Positions 1 through 9,385 of a DNA stretch of 64,000 bases are shown here, one piece after another. The stretch's first letter is position 1, and the number at the start of each line of letters is the position of its first letter. The notes below the pieces were generated by a model that was not told where the DNA came from, did not search any database, and worked only from the letters and a program-made list of their open reading frames with translations. Both the position numbers and the translations under genes were made by a program. The DNA is from Candidatus Binatia bacterium (GTDB lineage: Bacteria; Acidobacteriota; Terriglobia; Terriglobales; Acidobacteriaceae): positions 17,153 to 81,152 of the forward strand of contig DATKAP010000095.1 of the NCBI GenBank assembly GCA_035577905.1, in the 5' to 3' direction.

Positions 1-825
1 TGGTTCGCTTCCATCCCTGGTCCGACCATCTGCAACCGCGCCTTCGCGCACTATGGCACTTCCTTTGGACGTGTCGATCTCAACCCGGTCTATCCGCCCG
101 AGAGCATCAAAAGCGTCTACACGCGGCTGATCAACGCCAATCCCAAACGCACGTCGAAGATCTACTACTACGACAAGACCAGCTCGACCATGGAAGTGGC
201 GAACCTGCTGCAGAATGAGCCGGAACTGTTCGGGACCTACAGCCAGTTCCTCGCAGATTGCGACAAGGGGAATCTTCCCGACTATTCGTTCATCGAGCCC
301 AACTACAACGACCACCAGGGCGACAGCGGCGAGGAAGTCGCCAACGACCAGCACCCCGACCACCATGTGCAGCAGGGCGAAGTATTCATCGCCTCGATCT
401 ATCAGGCGATCAAGAACAATCCGGAATTGTGGGAGAGCACGGCGTTGTTGATCACCTATGATGAACACGGAGGCATCTTCGATCATGTCCCGCCGCCGAG
501 ATGCGTGAAAGACAAGTTCAAGGCGGATGGCAATGCCACGGGAACGGGCGCTGAGTTCCTCTTCGACCGCCTTGGCGTCCGCGTGCCCACGATTCTGGTC
601 TCGCCATGGATTCCAAAGGGCACGGTGGTGAACCGGGTGTTTGATCACGCATCCATTCCGGCCACGGTGACGAAGTTTTTTCTGGGCACCTACACCGGCG
701 ATCTGTCTCCGCGAGAAACCTCCGCCGACATTTTTATCGAGCCGCAGGGAGCAAACGTCGATCCCGATAGGAATGTTTTGTCGGAGGATACGATGCGGAC
801 CGATTGTCCGGACTTCGACACGTAG
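1..825 (+). CDS. Phosphoesterase family protein (phospholipase C / acid phosphatase AcpA-like), 5'-truncated by the window edge
   Basis: Frame 1 is open from nt 1, and track ORF 190..825 is its in-frame tail. Motifs DQHPDHHVQQGE and LITYDEHGGIFDHVPPP are typical of the phosphoesterase (PLC/AcpA) family. Confidence 0.8.
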   Translation, partial: WFASIPGPTICNRAFAHYGTSFGRVDLNPVYPPESIKSVYTRLINANPKRTSKIYYYDKTSSTMEVANLLQNEPELFGTYSQFLADCDKGNLPDYSFIEPNYNDHQGDSGEEVANDQHPDHHVQQGEVFIASIYQAIKNNPELWESTALLITYDEHGGIFDHVPPPRCVKDKFKADGNATGTGAEFLFDRLGVRVPTILVSPWIPKGTVVNRVFDHASIPATVTKFFLGTYTGDLSPRETSADIFIEPQGANVDPDRNVLSEDTMRTDCPDFDT

Positions 826-880
826 ACGTCAGCGTACCGAGAAGGCGCGGCAAGATGCCGCAGGGAAGGAGCTTGCCATT

Positions 881-1270
881 ATGGTTCTCATCCACGTGCC
901 GAGGCCAAAAGACGCGTACAACCCGGATCGTCCGATGGGTTCGCTGCTGAAGGCGCAAATCGAACATTTGCGGGAAGCCGAAAGCAAGCTGCCCTTGCGC
1001 TACCGCCTCGAAATCGAGACCTACGTCAAGGCGGTGAGGACCGAAGGGGAAGCCGCCAGCTACATTCGCGCGGTCACCGATGCCATTCACCGGGCGCACG
1101 AAGATGCCCGGAGCGCGCGCGCTCCCAAGAAGCGCGCAGGTGAACGCAAACGCGTGATTGAGATTGCCGCCGTCGCCGACGAGCGCGCAGAGCGGGAACA
1201 GAAGAACGCACGCAAACGGCGCGCCGCAACATCCAAAAAGCGCGGCGCGCGCAAGTCACGGAAGAAGTAG
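881..1270 (+). CDS. Hypothetical small basic protein with a Lys/Arg-rich C-terminal tail
   Basis: Internal ATG at 881 of ORF 773..1270, preceded by GGAAGGA (865-871). The upstream part of the ORF overlaps the previous gene. The C-terminus reads KKRAGERKR...KRRAATSKKRGARKSRKK. No recognisable domain. Confidence 0.5.
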   Translation: MVLIHVPRPKDAYNPDRPMGSLLKAQIEHLREAESKLPLRYRLEIETYVKAVRTEGEAASYIRAVTDAIHRAHEDARSARAPKKRAGERKRVIEIAAVADERAEREQKNARKRRAATSKKRGARKSRKK

Positions 1271-1284
1271 CAGGAGGTCATTTG

Positions 1285-2703
1285 ATGCGCAGGACCGTTG
1301 CGGTTCTTTTATGGCTGGTTTCGGCGGCAGCCGTCGCCCAGGAAAACTGGGTGCATGCAGACTTTCGCCGTGAAGGCGAACGGATCCGCGATGCGTGCAA
1401 GATGTACAGTTTCATGAGTGTGGCTTATTGCGCCTATCCCTTGTTGACCGATCATCCTATGCACATCGCGGTCGGAAGCCTGCCGCCGCAAAACGGGTTC
1501 GGGCTGGGACTGGCGTACGTGGCGACACGGAATACGGAAAACTGGCGCCTGAGCTGGAGTGTCGATGCGGTTGGCGCCACTAGCGCATCGTGGCGCGCCG
1601 GAGGATACCTCACACTGATTCACACCCCCATTCAGCCGATTCACGTGACCATGCCGAGCTCCACCACTCCGGGAGAGCAGCCGCCCAAGCCAAAAAAGCA
1701 CGAAGTGCTGGTTCATCCCTTTACCGTGTTCAACCTGTATGCCCAAGCCATCTCGCTCAACACGGTGAACTACTTCGGACTCGGCAACGAGACGTCTCTG
1801 GCTGGCGCATCCGTGTTCGGGATGACACAGACCATCGTTGGCGGAAATGTGACGAAGCCGGTATTCGAGGTGCCGGCTCTCAGAAAGCTGAACCTGTCAC
1901 TCTTTGCTGAGATGAATGGACGCTTCGTCAGCCTTCGGGACGAACACGGCCAGTCGGCTCCCTCAATCGAGACAATCTATAACGACGCCACCGCACCGGG
2001 CCTGAGCAGCCAGCCGGGAGTAGTGCAATTCGGCCAGGGAGTCCGCATCAAGCCGGTGATCGGCGATCATCTGGAATTGAACTACGCCGCGAGCCTGCAA
2101 GAATTTGTCGCGCCATCCAGTTCACAGGACACGTTCGAGCGTTGGCTGGTCGACCTGAATCACACTTTCTATCTGTATGGCTTCACCGAATCCGCACCAA
2201 AGACGACGAACATGACTGGCCCGAATGAGTGCGCCCCTTCCGGCCAGAAATGCCCTGAGATTTCGCGCTCGCGGAATCTTAATGGATCGATCGGCGTGCG
2301 ATTCCTTGTGTCGGAAACGATGAACTCCGCGTTCAAGGTGCCGTTCTACTTCCAGCCGACGCTCGGCGGGCAGGACATCAACAGCTTCCTGTCGCTCAGC
2401 AGCTATCAAGACTACCGCTTTCGCGCACCCAACTATCTTTTGCTGCAAGAAACTTTCGAGCACTCGATCTGGGGTCCATTCGGTGTGAAGTTTATGGCAG
2501 ACCAGGGACGCGTCGCAGTGGAGCGCAGCGACGTGGGCTTCAGCCACCTGAAGCACAGCTTTGCCGCCGGACTGACGCTGCGAGCTGGAGGATTCCCCAT
2601 GGTGCAGATGATGTTCGCGTGGGGCGGTTCAGAAGGACATCACAACATCTTCAATATGAATTCTTCGCTGCTGGGAGGCGGAGCGCGGCCACTGCTGGAT
2701 TAA
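1285..2703 (+). CDS. Secreted protein, probably an Omp85/surface-antigen(D15)-like outer-membrane beta-barrel
   Basis: AGGAGG at 1272-1277 lies 7 nt before ATG 1285. Signal peptide RRTVAVLLWLVSAAAVAQ. The C-terminal region (TLGGQDINSF...YRFRAPNY...FAAGLTLRAGGFPMVQMMFAWG) resembles the Bac_surface_Ag barrel pattern. Confidence 0.6.
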   Translation: MRRTVAVLLWLVSAAAVAQENWVHADFRREGERIRDACKMYSFMSVAYCAYPLLTDHPMHIAVGSLPPQNGFGLGLAYVATRNTENWRLSWSVDAVGATSASWRAGGYLTLIHTPIQPIHVTMPSSTTPGEQPPKPKKHEVLVHPFTVFNLYAQAISLNTVNYFGLGNETSLAGASVFGMTQTIVGGNVTKPVFEVPALRKLNLSLFAEMNGRFVSLRDEHGQSAPSIETIYNDATAPGLSSQPGVVQFGQGVRIKPVIGDHLELNYAASLQEFVAPSSSQDTFERWLVDLNHTFYLYGFTESAPKTTNMTGPNECAPSGQKCPEISRSRNLNGSIGVRFLVSETMNSAFKVPFYFQPTLGGQDINSFLSLSSYQDYRFRAPNYLLLQETFEHSIWGPFGVKFMADQGRVAVERSDVGFSHLKHSFAAGLTLRAGGFPMVQMMFAWGGSEGHHNIFNMNSSLLGGGARPLLD

Positions 2704-2780
2704 GGAACAAGGAAGTGCTCAATCACCCGAGAGCGGTGGCGAGCGATCAGACGCCTTCCGGAGATCTGGCCTGGGAACAC

Positions 2781-4130
2781 TCACTTCTTGCGCTTTTTCG
2801 CCGACTTTTTCGTACTTGCACTTTTGGTTGAGCGGCTGTTGCCGAAAACACGCGCGAAGATCTTGTCGACATTCTTTAACTGCCGTTGCAGATCAAACGC
2901 GTATTCAACCTGCCTGCGTGGAACCTTGGATATGATTTCCTTGTCAGCGAGGATTTCTTCGTGGAAGTTCAGGCCTTCTTTCCATGAACGCATCGCGTGG
3001 CTCTGCACAAGCCGATAGGCGTCCTCGCGGGTCATGCCGTGTTCGACCAGGTCGAGCAGAAGTTGGCCGCTGAAGATCAGCCCATGGGTCGACTCCAGAT
3101 TGGCAAGCATGCGCTCCGGATAGACGAACATGGTGTCGAGAATGTTGGTCGTCTTGTGCAGCATGTAGTCCATCAGGGTCGTGGAATCGGGCAGGATGAC
3201 GCGCTCGACCGATGAGTGCGAAATATCGCGCTCGTGCCAGAGGGCCACGTTTTCGAATCCGGCTTGCGCGTTGGCGCGCACGACGCGCGCCAATCCGCTG
3301 ATCTGCTCGAGGGTCACGGGATTGCGCTTGTGCGGCATCGCCGACGATCCTTTTTGCTTTTCGCTGAAGAACTCCTCAGCCTCACGAACTTCGGTGCGCT
3401 GCAGATGGCGGATCTCGGTGGCGATCTTGTCGAGCGTGGAGGCGATCACCGCGAGCGTCGCCAGATAATTTGCGTGGCGGTCGCGCTGGATGACTTGCGA
3501 CGAAACTGCCGCGGCCTTCAGCCCCAAGCGGGTACAGATCTTCTCTTCGAGCTCGGGTGTCAGGTGAGCAAAGATGCCGACCGCACCTGAAAACTTGCCG
3601 ACGCGCATGTCTTCGGCTGCCGCCATGAAGCGCGCGATGTTGCGCTGGGTTTCCGAGTACCAGTTGGCGATCTTGAATCCGAAGGTGATGGGCTCAGCAT
3701 GGATGCCGTGTGTGCGCCCGATCATGGGTGTGCTCTTGAACTCCCAGGCACGCCGTTCGAGCACATCGGACAGGCGTTGAAGGTCCTGCGCAATCACCTC
3801 CGATGCCTGCCGGATCAGCAATGCTTGGGCAGTGTCGACGACATCGTTGGAAGTCAGCCCGTAGTGAAACCAGCGCGCGTGGGGGCCGACGATTTCGGCC
3901 ACGGCCGTGGTGAACGCGATGACGTCGTGACGCACTTCGGCTTCGATCTCATGGATGCGTTCGACGCGGAAGTCGGCACGTTCTTTGATCGCCCTGGCGG
4001 CTTCTTTGGGCACGAGGCCGGCTTCGGCCAGGGTTTCGGTGGCGGCGACTTCGACGGCAAGCCACGTGCGGAAACGATTCTCGTCACTCCAGATCCGTGC
4101 AAGTTCGGGGCGCGTATAGCGGGGAATCAC
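2781..4130 (-). CDS. purB: Adenylosuccinate lyase
   Basis: Full-length collinear PurB-like sequence ([20 protein letters not shown]..., [10 protein letters not shown] signature). It carries an extra about 20-aa Lys-rich C-terminal tail. Confidence 0.95.
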   Translation of the reverse strand: MIPRYTRPELARIWSDENRFRTWLAVEVAATETLAEAGLVPKEAARAIKERADFRVERIHEIEAEVRHDVIAFTTAVAEIVGPHARWFHYGLTSNDVVDTAQALLIRQASEVIAQDLQRLSDVLERRAWEFKSTPMIGRTHGIHAEPITFGFKIANWYSETQRNIARFMAAAEDMRVGKFSGAVGIFAHLTPELEEKICTRLGLKAAAVSSQVIQRDRHANYLATLAVIASTLDKIATEIRHLQRTEVREAEEFFSEKQKGSSAMPHKRNPVTLEQISGLARVVRANAQAGFENVALWHERDISHSSVERVILPDSTTLMDYMLHKTTNILDTMFVYPERMLANLESTHGLIFSGQLLLDLVEHGMTREDAYRLVQSHAMRSWKEGLNFHEEILADKEIISKVPRRQVEYAFDLQRQLKNVDKIFARVFGNSRSTKSASTKKSAKKRKK

Positions 4131-4253
4131 GTTCGGGCTCCTGTCCGATGTGGACAGAGGATTCTAAATGGGTCGGGTGCGGGTTGCCACTCAACGGGCT
4201 TTTTCACCACCGAGGGTCAGACTGCGAACGCAACACAGGCGACGCAATCGCCA

Positions 4254-4303
4254 TATTATATCGTATTGCGATATAATAAATTAAGACTATCGCGGCACGA
4301 TAG
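4254..4303. promoter_or_regulatory. Two palindromic operator-like sites sharing the core TATCG-N5-CGATA, overlapping a TATAAT -10 box upstream of the MarR gene
   Basis: IR1 is TATTATATCG-tattg-CGATATAATA (4254-4278, 10-bp arms). IR2 is CTATCG-cggca-CGATAG (4287-4303). TATAAT lies at 4272-4277 and TCGCCA at 4248-4253. Confidence 0.55.
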
Positions 4304-4313
4304 AATCATCGGC

Positions 4314-4736
4314 ATGAGGAAACTATCGTTGGCCGATTATCGGGCGCTGGCGGAATTCCGCTATCAGATTCGGGAGTTTCTGTCGTTCAGCGACAGGGCG
4401 GTGCAGGCAGCAGGCCTGGAACGCGGACAGTACCAGTTGATGCTGGCCATCAAGGGTATGCCGGAAGGGATTCGGCCTCGGATTCGGGCTTTGGCCAATC
4501 GTCTCCGTGTGCAGCACAACAGCGCGGTGGAACTGATCAACCGACTTGAGGCTGGAGGGTATGTGCGCCGAGAGCGTGGCGAAGATGATCGCAGAGAGGT
4601 CTTGCTGGCTTTAACACCCAAGGGAGAGAAGGTGCTGGCGGAATTGGCGCTGCATCATCACGAAGAGCTGCAGTCGGCGGCACCACGATTGGTGGCGGCA
4701 TTGCGAGGGGTCATGAAGGGGAAGAAGGAGAGTTGA
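4314..4736 (+). CDS. MarR family transcriptional regulator
   Basis: ATG 4314 lies inside ORF 3699..4736, whose upstream 205 codons are antisense to purB. Winged-helix MarR pattern: QYQLMLAIKG...LANRLRVQHNSAVELINRLEAGGYVRRERGEDDRREVLLALTPKGEKVL. Confidence 0.85.
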   Translation: MRKLSLADYRALAEFRYQIREFLSFSDRAVQAAGLERGQYQLMLAIKGMPEGIRPRIRALANRLRVQHNSAVELINRLEAGGYVRRERGEDDRREVLLALTPKGEKVLAELALHHHEELQSAAPRLVAALRGVMKGKKES

Positions 4737-4878
4737 GGGCCGACTCCCCGGAGTGCAGAAATCGGTTCGATTGGAGGCAGGGATCCTTCGACTTCGCGAG
4801 ATGCCTCGCCACGCTCGGCATTCGACTTCGCCAAGGGATGACGGTTTGCCAAAATACGTTTGAAGAGTACGTAATCGC

Positions 4879-6747
4879 ATGAATAGCAATCACAACCATA
4901 ACTCGCCGCCGAGTGCGATGGAGCCGCTGGCCGCGTCAGGTACCTCTCCGTTGGCGGCCGCTGCTCCGGCTCCTTTCCGAATCGTATTGATCTCGTTCCT
5001 TGCCGCCGGGGTGGGGTTGCTGGCGGGCATCGTCGCCTACATTCTGTATAAGCTTATCGGCCTCTTCACCAACATCTCGTTCTTTCATGACTTCTCCACG
5101 AGCTTTCGCAGCGTGGGCGGGCACCATCTTGGCTGGTGGGTCATTCTGGTGCCGGTGATTGGCGGGCTGATCGTGGGAGTGATGGCGAAATATGGAAGCT
5201 CCAAGATCAAAGGGCACGGCATTCCTGAGGCCATGGAGGCAGTGCTGGTGAATCGCAGCCGGATCGAACCGAAGGTGGCGATCCTGAAGCCGATTTCCGC
5301 AGCGATTGCCATCGGGACGGGAGGTCCGTTTGGAGCCGAAGGTCCGATCATTCAGACCGGGGGAGCGCTGGGGTCCCTAGTCGGGCAGGTTCTGCACACG
5401 ACCCCGGTAGAACGGAAAGTCCTGTTGGCTTGCGGTGCGGCAGCAGGAATGTCAGCAACGTTCAACACACCGATTGCGGGAGTAATTCTCGCGATCGAAC
5501 TGCTGCTGTTCGAATTCAAATCGCGATCGTTCATTCCGCTGGTGATCGCGAGCACACTGGCGACTGCGGTCCATATGCAGTTGCTGGGGCCGGGACCGAT
5601 GTTCCAGGTCGGGCAAGTGGATTTCGGGATCCCGAGGGCTCTGCCGTTTTACTTGCTGTTGGGGCCGTTGTGTGGGGTGGCCGCCGTGATCCTGAGCAAA
5701 GCACTCTACTGGGTAGAAGATCTTTTCGAGAAGCTTCCGGTGGATGAGCTGTGGCGGCCGGCGATCGGAGCGCTGGGGCTGGGCATTATCGGATTCTTTG
5801 TGCCGCGTGTGCTGGGGGTCGGATACGACACGATCGGGGCCATCCTGAATGGCGAACTCGCGTGGAAGGTCCTGCTGGTGGTAATGGTGGCAAAGTTCGC
5901 GGCGCTGGTGATCTCACTGGGGTCGGGCACCTCGGGTGGGTTGCTCGCACCGACATTCATGTGGAGCGCGGCCATGGGCGGGCTGTTTGCCATGATCGGG
6001 AATTCCGTGTTCCCGAATGCTCATCTTTCGCCTGCGGCATTCGCACTGGTCGCCATGGGGGCTGTGTTTGGCGCGGCTTCGCGAGCAACGTTTTCGTTCA
6101 TTATCTTCGCGTTCGAGATTACGCGCGACTACAACTCGGTTCTGCCGCTGATGCTTGTAGCCGTCATTGCGGATGGAATCGCGATGCTGTTCATGCCGCG
6201 GAGCTCGATTATGACCGAGAAGCTGGCGCGTCGCGGCCTGCGCGTGCATCAGGACTATGAAGCCGACGTTCTGACGCAGGTGACGGTTGCAGAAACGATG
6301 GAGAAGAATCCGCCGGTGATCGCAGCAGGCACAAAAACAGGAGAAGTGGCTGAGCGGATCGCACGGCATGATCCGGCGGTGGCGCGCTACGAGGCGCTGC
6401 TGATTTTGGAGGATAGCAAACTCGTCGGGATCGTTACACGAGGGGACATTTTGCGCGCGCTCGACAGGGATTCGACCGGAATGATTACTGTCGAGGACGC
6501 AGGCAGCACGAAGCTGGTGGTGACTTACCCGGATGAACTTGTGTCGGAGGCCGCGGCCAAGATGTTGCATCAGGATGTGGGGCGATTGCCCGTCGTCGAG
6601 CGAGGGGACGAGGGGAAGGCGGTGGGATATCTGGGGAGGGCGGCGATATTGGCGGCACGCACGCGGAGGTTCCACGATGAGCATGTGCGTGAACAGGGCT
6701 GGTGGCGTGGGCCGAGATCGCGCATGGAGAAGGTGGAGGGATTCTGA
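4879..6747 (+). CDS. ClC family voltage-gated chloride channel/antiporter with C-terminal CBS pair
   Basis: ClC selectivity motifs GSSKIKGHGIPE and GTGGPFGAEGPIIQTG, multiple TM helices, and a C-terminal CBS-like region (LVGIVTRGDILRAL, VGRLPVV). Confidence 0.9.
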   Translation: MNSNHNHNSPPSAMEPLAASGTSPLAAAAPAPFRIVLISFLAAGVGLLAGIVAYILYKLIGLFTNISFFHDFSTSFRSVGGHHLGWWVILVPVIGGLIVGVMAKYGSSKIKGHGIPEAMEAVLVNRSRIEPKVAILKPISAAIAIGTGGPFGAEGPIIQTGGALGSLVGQVLHTTPVERKVLLACGAAAGMSATFNTPIAGVILAIELLLFEFKSRSFIPLVIASTLATAVHMQLLGPGPMFQVGQVDFGIPRALPFYLLLGPLCGVAAVILSKALYWVEDLFEKLPVDELWRPAIGALGLGIIGFFVPRVLGVGYDTIGAILNGELAWKVLLVVMVAKFAALVISLGSGTSGGLLAPTFMWSAAMGGLFAMIGNSVFPNAHLSPAAFALVAMGAVFGAASRATFSFIIFAFEITRDYNSVLPLMLVAVIADGIAMLFMPRSSIMTEKLARRGLRVHQDYEADVLTQVTVAETMEKNPPVIAAGTKTGEVAERIARHDPAVARYEALLILEDSKLVGIVTRGDILRALDRDSTGMITVEDAGSTKLVVTYPDELVSEAAAKMLHQDVGRLPVVERGDEGKAVGYLGRAAILAARTRRFHDEHVREQGWWRGPRSRMEKVEGF

Positions 6748-6870
6748 GTAGTGCGAATCCTTAATGAAGTGTGAGAGCTAGCAAGGACATTTAGGATCAC
6801 GAAGAAAATTACCTTCGTTTATGGCGCGGTTCCACGGCGTTTCGGCCATCAGTATAATCAGAACAACTCT

Positions 6871-7173
6871 ATGACTCTGGGCCGGATTGCCTGTGCGCTG
6901 GCGGTAGTAGCGGTATTGTGCGTGCTCGGGATCTTTTTCTTCCCGGGCGCTGAAGGCCCCTACTCTGCGGTACACGGACCGGTGACGGCGTTGCTTTCGA
7001 TCCGGGCAGCAGCCCGTTTGCGAGTCCTCATTCAAGCCGGGGTGGCGGCGCTGCGATGTTGCCTTGCCCTAAGCTGTGTCGCAACGGGTTCGTTGTCACT
7101 CATGTCGCATATTTCTGGCGAGTTCCTGTCACCCAGCCCCGATAACGGAACTCTCGCGGTGCTGCGCTGCTGA
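6871..7173 (+). CDS. Hypothetical small membrane protein
   Basis: 100-aa ORF with a hydrophobic N-terminus (IACALAVVAVLCVLGIFFF). No recognisable domain. Followed by a long imperfect hairpin. Confidence 0.35.
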   Translation: MTLGRIACALAVVAVLCVLGIFFFPGAEGPYSAVHGPVTALLSIRAAARLRVLIQAGVAALRCCLALSCVATGSLSLMSHISGEFLSPSPDNGTLAVLRC

Positions 7174-7216
7174 TCCACTTCCAGATCTCTTCCTCATCTT
7201 TTCACTCTGAGTTGCG

Positions 7217-7260
7217 GCGCAAAAAGAAACGTGTCGCGGGACGCGGCGTTTCTGTTGCGC
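7217..7260 (+). terminator. Long imperfect hairpin downstream of ORF 6871..7173
   Basis: GCGCAAAAAGAAACG (7217-7231) pairs with CGTTTCTGTTGCGC (7247-7260): 6 bp, a small internal loop, then 7 bp. The apex contains CGCG-gga-CGCG. No U-tract follows. Confidence 0.35.
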
Positions 7261-7324
7261 GGTGACGATTGAGCAGGTCTTTCCGCCATTTCAGGCTTAA
7301 CTCGATTCAACGAGGAGGATTCCA

Positions 7325-8056
7325 ATGAAGCATCTAAGGTACGAGTGGTTTACGTCGGCAGCGATTCTGATGGGTGTATTGACATTTTCCGGGTGCAATA
7401 AAAAGGTGGCGCAGGCAACGCCTCCACCGCCGCCTCCGGTGCCCACGCCGACGGCGACTTTGGCCGCGAGTCCAGCAGTCATTGAACAAGGGCAATCCAC
7501 GACATTGACGTGGCAGACGCACAACGCAACGGATATCAACATTGCCGGTCTGGGCAGCGTGATGGCATCGGGGTCGAGAACCGTTACACCGGGCTCGTGC
7601 ATGACTTACACGCTCACGGCAAGCGGACCGGGCGGCACGCAGAACGCTTCTGCTCGGGTAACGGTGAACGCGAAGGTGGCACACACAACAACGCCTTCGA
7701 TCTCTGACGAGGACGTGTTTGCCCGGAATGTGAAGGACGTGTTGTTTGACTACGACAAGTCGATTATCCGGCCGGATCAGGCGGGCAATGCACAGAGCGA
7801 CGCAGCGTTCCTGTCACAGCATCCATCGATTAAGGTTCAGGTAGAGGGGCATTGCGATGACCGCGGATCAGAAGAATACAACCTCGCGCTGGGGACGAAC
7901 CGCGCGGAGTCGCTGAAGAGTTCCCTGGTGCAGCAGGGCGTTTCGGCGGATCGCATCAAGACAGTGAGCTATGGAAAGGAGAAGCCATTCTGCACTGAGG
8001 ACAGCGACGGCTGCTGGCAACGGAACCGGGTGGACCATTTCAGCTTCGCCCGTTGA
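7325..8056 (+). CDS. pal: Peptidoglycan-associated lipoprotein (OmpA-family) with an inserted Ig-like domain
   Basis: GAGGAGGA RBS before ATG 7325. Lipobox LTFSGC, then a Pro-rich linker. C-terminal OmpA domain: VLFDYDKSIIRPDQ...VQVEGHCDDRGSEEYNLALGTNRAESLKSSL. Confidence 0.85.
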   Translation: MKHLRYEWFTSAAILMGVLTFSGCNKKVAQATPPPPPPVPTPTATLAASPAVIEQGQSTTLTWQTHNATDINIAGLGSVMASGSRTVTPGSCMTYTLTASGPGGTQNASARVTVNAKVAHTTTPSISDEDVFARNVKDVLFDYDKSIIRPDQAGNAQSDAAFLSQHPSIKVQVEGHCDDRGSEEYNLALGTNRAESLKSSLVQQGVSADRIKTVSYGKEKPFCTEDSDGCWQRNRVDHFSFAR

Positions 8057-8101
8057 AACAAGCCGGCTTTTCATTGTGATCAGATCGAAGGAAGGCAAAA
8101 T

Positions 8102-8136
8102 CCCCACCCTGTCGCATAGAACGCGACACGGGTGGG
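8102..8136 (+). terminator. CCCCAC...GTGGGG family hairpin downstream of pal
   Basis: CCCCACCCTGTCGC (8102-8115) pairs with GCGACACGGGTGGGG (8122-8136) with one bulge. Preceded by AAAATC, as in the 15264 copy. Confidence 0.5.
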
Positions 8137-8239
8137 GCGCCCTCCAACGTTTCTGTGACTGGCCAGGCTGTGGGTATACCCAGCGATTGAAATTCCCGCA
8201 TGATTCCTCAATAGTAGGGTGAGAGGCAGAAAAGGAAGA

Positions 8240-9385
8240 ATGGCATCCGACATCATCGCCAGGTGGCGCTTCTATTTACGGCAGCGGCCCGTAGTGCTGG
8301 CGGCGCTTACTGTGCTGGCGATTGTTTTCTTTCTGGCCGTCACAGGTTTGTCGCAGGTTCATCAAGCGCAGAGGCGGGCGATTGGGGACAGGTGGTTCAA
8401 TCGCGGGATCGCTGACCTGAATGCGAAGCGCTTTGAGGCGGCGGTCAAGGATTTCCGGGCCGCGCTACTGTATTCGCCGGACGATTATTCCTATCAGCTG
8501 AACCTGGCAGAAGCCTTGATCGGTGAGGGGCAGAGAGGGCAGGCGCTGGCTTATCTGATCAACTTGTGGGAGCGGGAGCCGGAGAATGGAATCGTCAATC
8601 TGGAATTGGCGCGTAGCGCAGCGAACCAGGGTCAAACCGACGATGCCATTCGGTACTATCACAACGCGGTCTATGCGGTTTGGCCTCCAGACCAAGACAC
8701 GATGCGACGGGATGCGCGGCTCGAGTTGATCGAACTGCTGCTGCGGATTGGCGCCAAACAGCAGGCGCAAGGGGAACTTATTGCGCTGGCGGAGCGAGTG
8801 GGGCCGGATCCAGCGCAGCAGGAGCGCGTTGGCGAACTTTTCCTTCGCGCCGGGGATTACGAACATGCGCTGGCAGCTTTCAGTGCTGTGCTGAAGTCTG
8901 ACCGGCATAACGCGGCAGCGTTGGCAGGTGCGGGATATGCGGCGTTCGAGTTGGGGCGATATCCGGAGGGCCAGCGCTATCTGCAGGCCGCGATCGAGGC
9001 GAAGCCAGACGATACGGCGAGCCAGGCACGGCTGAAGACGACACAACTCGTGCTCCAGATGGATCCATTCCAGCGGCAGATCCCGATCGCCGAGCGGGAC
9101 AGAATTGTCGTGCAAGCATTTCAAACTGCGGGAGAGCGACTACGAAGTTGCAAACTGCCCGCAGGTATATCTTCTGCCGGGAGCGCGCCGCTTTCTCTCG
9201 GTGACGAGTGGGAAGGATTGAAGCCACAGATTACGCAACTACGGTTACGGCGAGATCCGGACCTGGTCGAGACGGGGATGGATCTAGTTTTCCGCATCGA
9301 GCGCGCGACTAGCGTTGCATGCGGTTCGCCGACAGGGGCGGATTTGGCACTGTTGCTTATTTCCAACATGCACGAGGGAAGCTAA
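8240..9385 (+). CDS. Membrane-anchored TPR repeat protein
   Basis: ATG 8240 follows AAAGGAAG. One TM helix (VVLAALTVLAIVFFLAV), then TPR-like repeats. Its stop TAA (9383-9385) overlaps the next ATG. Confidence 0.7.
   Translation: MASDIIARWRFYLRQRPVVLAALTVLAIVFFLAVTGLSQVHQAQRRAIGDRWFNRGIADLNAKRFEAAVKDFRAALLYSPDDYSYQLNLAEALIGEGQRGQALAYLINLWEREPENGIVNLELARSAANQGQTDDAIRYYHNAVYAVWPPDQDTMRRDARLELIELLLRIGAKQQAQGELIALAERVGPDPAQQERVGELFLRAGDYEHALAAFSAVLKSDRHNAAALAGAGYAAFELGRYPEGQRYLQAAIEAKPDDTASQARLKTTQLVLQMDPFQRQIPIAERDRIVVQAFQTAGERLRSCKLPAGISSAGSAPLSLGDEWEGLKPQITQLRLRRDPDLVETGMDLVFRIERATSVACGSPTGADLALLLISNMHEGS

Noticed and set aside
773-880. The upstream extension of the small basic protein ORF (start at 773).
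   Set aside because: It overlaps the 3' end of the phosphoesterase gene in another frame. The internal ATG 881 has a GGAAGGA ribosome-binding site.
3699-4313. The N-terminal 205 codons of ORF 3699..4736, which would make a 345-aa MarR fusion.
   Set aside because: That part is antisense to purB and has no domain. The MarR domain starts at ATG 4314, with its own promoter and operator elements immediately upstream.
4737-4878. A fluoride (crcB-motif) riboswitch upstream of the ClC gene.
   Set aside because: GGGAUGACGGUUUGCC superficially resembles the 5' half of the motif. However, the P1 pairing and the conserved 3' CUGAUGAUGCCUAC-like segment are absent. The channel also has CBS domains and canonical chloride-type motifs rather than looking like a short ClC-F.
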